From Flectonema sp. DT1601 (Eukaryota), in the NCBI GenBank assembly GCA_964019425.1, contig OZ025791.1, positions 806,001 through 870,000 on the forward strand: a DNA stretch of 64,000 nt. The letters are read 5' to 3'. Each line of letters opens with the position of its first letter. The first letter of the stretch is position 1. The notes beneath the pieces are model-generated. The model saw nothing but the letters and a program-made list of their open reading frames with translations, did not search any database and was not told where the DNA came from. This document shows positions 61,492 through 64,000 of this stretch, piece by piece. Both the position numbers and the translations under genes were made by a program.

Positions 61492-64000
61492 ATGGGAAAT
61501 TGCGGAAGCAAACCACAGAGTGGTCCGAAAGCCGGTGGTAATCCAGGATTACAGAAGAAAAGAAAATTAACTGCAACAGGGATCATGGATGAAAACGCAC
61601 CGGAAACAACAGCACCGAAGATTGATATGAACAGGCCTGATATGCAGAGATTGTTAGAACGAATGTTAGATATGTTTAGAGGTGAGGTTCAGTTTGTTAC
61701 TAACAGAATACCCTCAACTAGATCAGACATTCGATGGTATTTATACACTCAGGTAATAGCTGCAGTTAGAGATGTTGTCCATCGACTTAACGAATCTTGT
61801 GACTTAGAGACAGATCAACCAATGCCACCATCACAAGTTATCGACATCTTAAATGTAGTTCGTACAACTCTTAACGATGACGAGGGATATGATCTCCCAG
61901 CTGTTACTATTCGTAATGCTAATATTGTAAATGCGTTTAAAGAAAGGGTTCCATATCTTGAAGCTTGGTTATTAATATCAAGTCAAACAGAGGAAACCGT
62001 AATGAACCGTCAAGAACTTGGAACTTACTGCTCAAAAGTTCCATTATCATTTCCTCATGACCTACTTGTTGGAGAAACATTTAGTTATAATCAGCTTATG
62101 GAATTACAGTTGTCGTACTCTAAAAAAATACTTTCAACTGTGTATGATCTCTTTGCGAAGTATTCTCCGAAGGGTCTCATGACGGCAGCGAATTTCGTTT
62201 CTTATGGTGGAAGTAAAAAAGATTTCATGGGATTACTGGCTTCTGAGGGTCTTTTAAAGATCCAATACGAAGTTTTTTCAGTGAGAGAGTTCAGTTTGTA
62301 CTATAATACGGTACAGCATAATAACGGTTTGATAAAAAATGAAATTTCTCAAGATATGAACCAACCATTGTGTTCATATATGATATCCGCAAGCAGTAAT
62401 AGTTGGCTTGTATTGCGTGATGTTTTAACTGGTGATTCTTCAGTCGATCAGTTGCGCAAAATACTTCTCTCTGGTTGCAGACATATCGAATTAGAGTGTA
62501 ACGATGGTCCTGAAGGAACTCCAATTGTCTGTCTGTCATGGACAAAAAACAAGTCTCTTCCTCTTGATAAATGTTTAGAAGTAATAAATCAGTATGCGTT
62601 CACCTCATCTCCATATCCAATCATCTTATCTGTTGCTTTTCATTTCGGGTTGGAGAGTGACGGATGGGCTCAAATGCAAGCGACGTCAGCGTTGATTAAG
62701 GGAACTTTTAAAGATAAATTAGCGTTGTGGGGAGACGACCGAGAACCTCCTGAACTTTTGAGTGCTACGCCTGAGAAATTAAAAAATAAAATAATTGTGT
62801 TGTGTGAGAAACGACTTCAAGAAATCGGACCGATTGCTCGAAGCACAAAACTACGAGAATCTGGCAATGGACCCACTGATCTCGGACTAGGGTTGGTAAA
62901 TGTAAAAAATAAACTAGGAGTCAAGGTAAAGACTGTACGAGAAGGCAGTATTGGCCACAAATCCGGCATCACCGAGGGCTCATTTATAGAGAAAATCGAC
63001 GGTTCAAACGGAACAGAAAAAATCTCAGTTGTTAACGATTTAATGAAAGCTCTTCTCGCCTACAGATCTGGAGATGACGTTAAACTGATGGTTGATCAAA
63101 GGTATCTCTCTGTGTGTATAGGAGGTTGTGAAACTCTTTGTAATGTAAAAAAAACTGAAGCTCAACTAACACTTCCTTTCGGATATGATTCTTCTGATGA
63201 GGAAAAACCAGAACCGGTTTTAAAAATGAAATATGATTCTTTATTTGCAAGAGAAAAACAAGGACACCGTTATAAACGGATACCAATATCTGAGGATCTG
63301 AGTAGTATGGCTTACATGAGAAGGGAGAGAGTTACTGCACCAGATTTAGACAACACGCTAGCATCTGTAGCACCTCCATGGTGGGATGTTGTTGTTGTTC
63401 CAGTGGATTTGGTAGACGCTGTTTGCATTGATGAGATACTTAAGACTGCATTGGTTTCAGTTATTCCTTCCAAAGACTCTCTATTGTCGGAGAATTATAA
63501 CCCTTATTGGTTGTGGGAAAGGGGAGTTCAGTTAACGTGTTTAAATCGTCATAATTTTGATTCTTTTTTTAGAATTCAACAGGCTCGTTTTAAAGAAAAT
63601 TCACAATCTGGTTACATATTAAAACAAACTGGTGACACAAAACCAGTCTGTGTTAATGTCGTGGTTCATTATGTTTATAACCCACCAGAGCAGTTATTGA
63701 AATCTAATGGACAAGAGAGAGCTTTTCAACTTTCAATTCGTCTATCATCCCAACGATTAGAAGATACTGATCGAACACCACCATCACCAGAATTATTATG
63801 GGAACACGAGAAGACAGTTCATGGTACAAACATGGCATTGGAAGTTTTACTTATTACGTTATTTGAGAATGATCAGATTGTGACTGAGTGTGCCGTCCCA
63901 GTAAATATGTTAAAAGAAGGAACTCATGCACTCGAACTCCAAGACCCATCGACGGGGGAAGCATTCCTCGGATCTTCAATCATGTGCACCATCGATTTTG
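61492..64000 (+). CDS. PI-PLC-like protein (X box, PDZ insert, Y box, C2), N-acylation motif, catalytic residues lost; 3'-partial
   Basis: Open frame from ATG 61492 (MGNCGSK) to the window end. X box: QDMNQPLCSYMISASSNSWL, GCRHIELECNDGPEGTPIV, YAFTSSPYPIILS, TPEKLKNKIIV. Y box: SENYNPYWLWERGVQLTCLN, FKENSQSGYILK. C2 end: AVPVNMLKEGTHALEL. Confidence 0.92.
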   Translation, partial: MGNCGSKPQSGPKAGGNPGLQKKRKLTATGIMDENAPETTAPKIDMNRPDMQRLLERMLDMFRGEVQFVTNRIPSTRSDIRWYLYTQVIAAVRDVVHRLNESCDLETDQPMPPSQVIDILNVVRTTLNDDEGYDLPAVTIRNANIVNAFKERVPYLEAWLLISSQTEETVMNRQELGTYCSKVPLSFPHDLLVGETFSYNQLMELQLSYSKKILSTVYDLFAKYSPKGLMTAANFVSYGGSKKDFMGLLASEGLLKIQYEVFSVREFSLYYNTVQHNNGLIKNEISQDMNQPLCSYMISASSNSWLVLRDVLTGDSSVDQLRKILLSGCRHIELECNDGPEGTPIVCLSWTKNKSLPLDKCLEVINQYAFTSSPYPIILSVAFHFGLESDGWAQMQATSALIKGTFKDKLALWGDDREPPELLSATPEKLKNKIIVLCEKRLQEIGPIARSTKLRESGNGPTDLGLGLVNVKNKLGVKVKTVREGSIGHKSGITEGSFIEKIDGSNGTEKISVVNDLMKALLAYRSGDDVKLMVDQRYLSVCIGGCETLCNVKKTEAQLTLPFGYDSSDEEKPEPVLKMKYDSLFAREKQGHRYKRIPISEDLSSMAYMRRERVTAPDLDNTLASVAPPWWDVVVVPVDLVDAVCIDEILKTALVSVIPSKDSLLSENYNPYWLWERGVQLTCLNRHNFDSFFRIQQARFKENSQSGYILKQTGDTKPVCVNVVVHYVYNPPEQLLKSNGQERAFQLSIRLSSQRLEDTDRTPPSPELLWEHEKTVHGTNMALEVLLITLFENDQIVTECAVPVNMLKEGTHALELQDPSTGEAFLGSSIMCTIDF

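Overview
AT-rich, homopolymer-laden eukaryotic DNA, most likely a euglenozoan (diplonemid-like). This rests on the 18S rRNA 3'-end signature GGTTGCTGTAGGTGAACCTGCAGCAGGATCA, on all genes lying on one strand, and on AG acceptors 11-56 nt upstream of most ATGs. Seven well-supported + strand genes: (1) a ~5,149-aa secreted, probably GPI-anchored surface protein with a Ser-X repeat stalk; (2) an Ala/Arg/His-rich helical protein; (3) a 4-TM protein with a Pro/Thr mucin loop, crossing an N gap; (4) a polyQ protein with ~115 uninterrupted Q; (5) a signal-peptide tandem-SET protein that ends in -EDEL after splicing; (6) a PPR-like, probably mitochondrial protein; (7) a myristoylated pseudo-PI-PLC with a PDZ insert, missing from the ORF track because it runs off the window. 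There is also a candidate micro-exon small gene. Intergenic DNA holds a piggyBac deletion derivative, decayed RTE-like LINE fragments, at least 7 co-oriented stem-loop/(TAAA)n short repeats, and a doubled 18S-3'/ITS1 fragment flanked by a 23-bp direct repeat. All calls are by eye; no searches were run.
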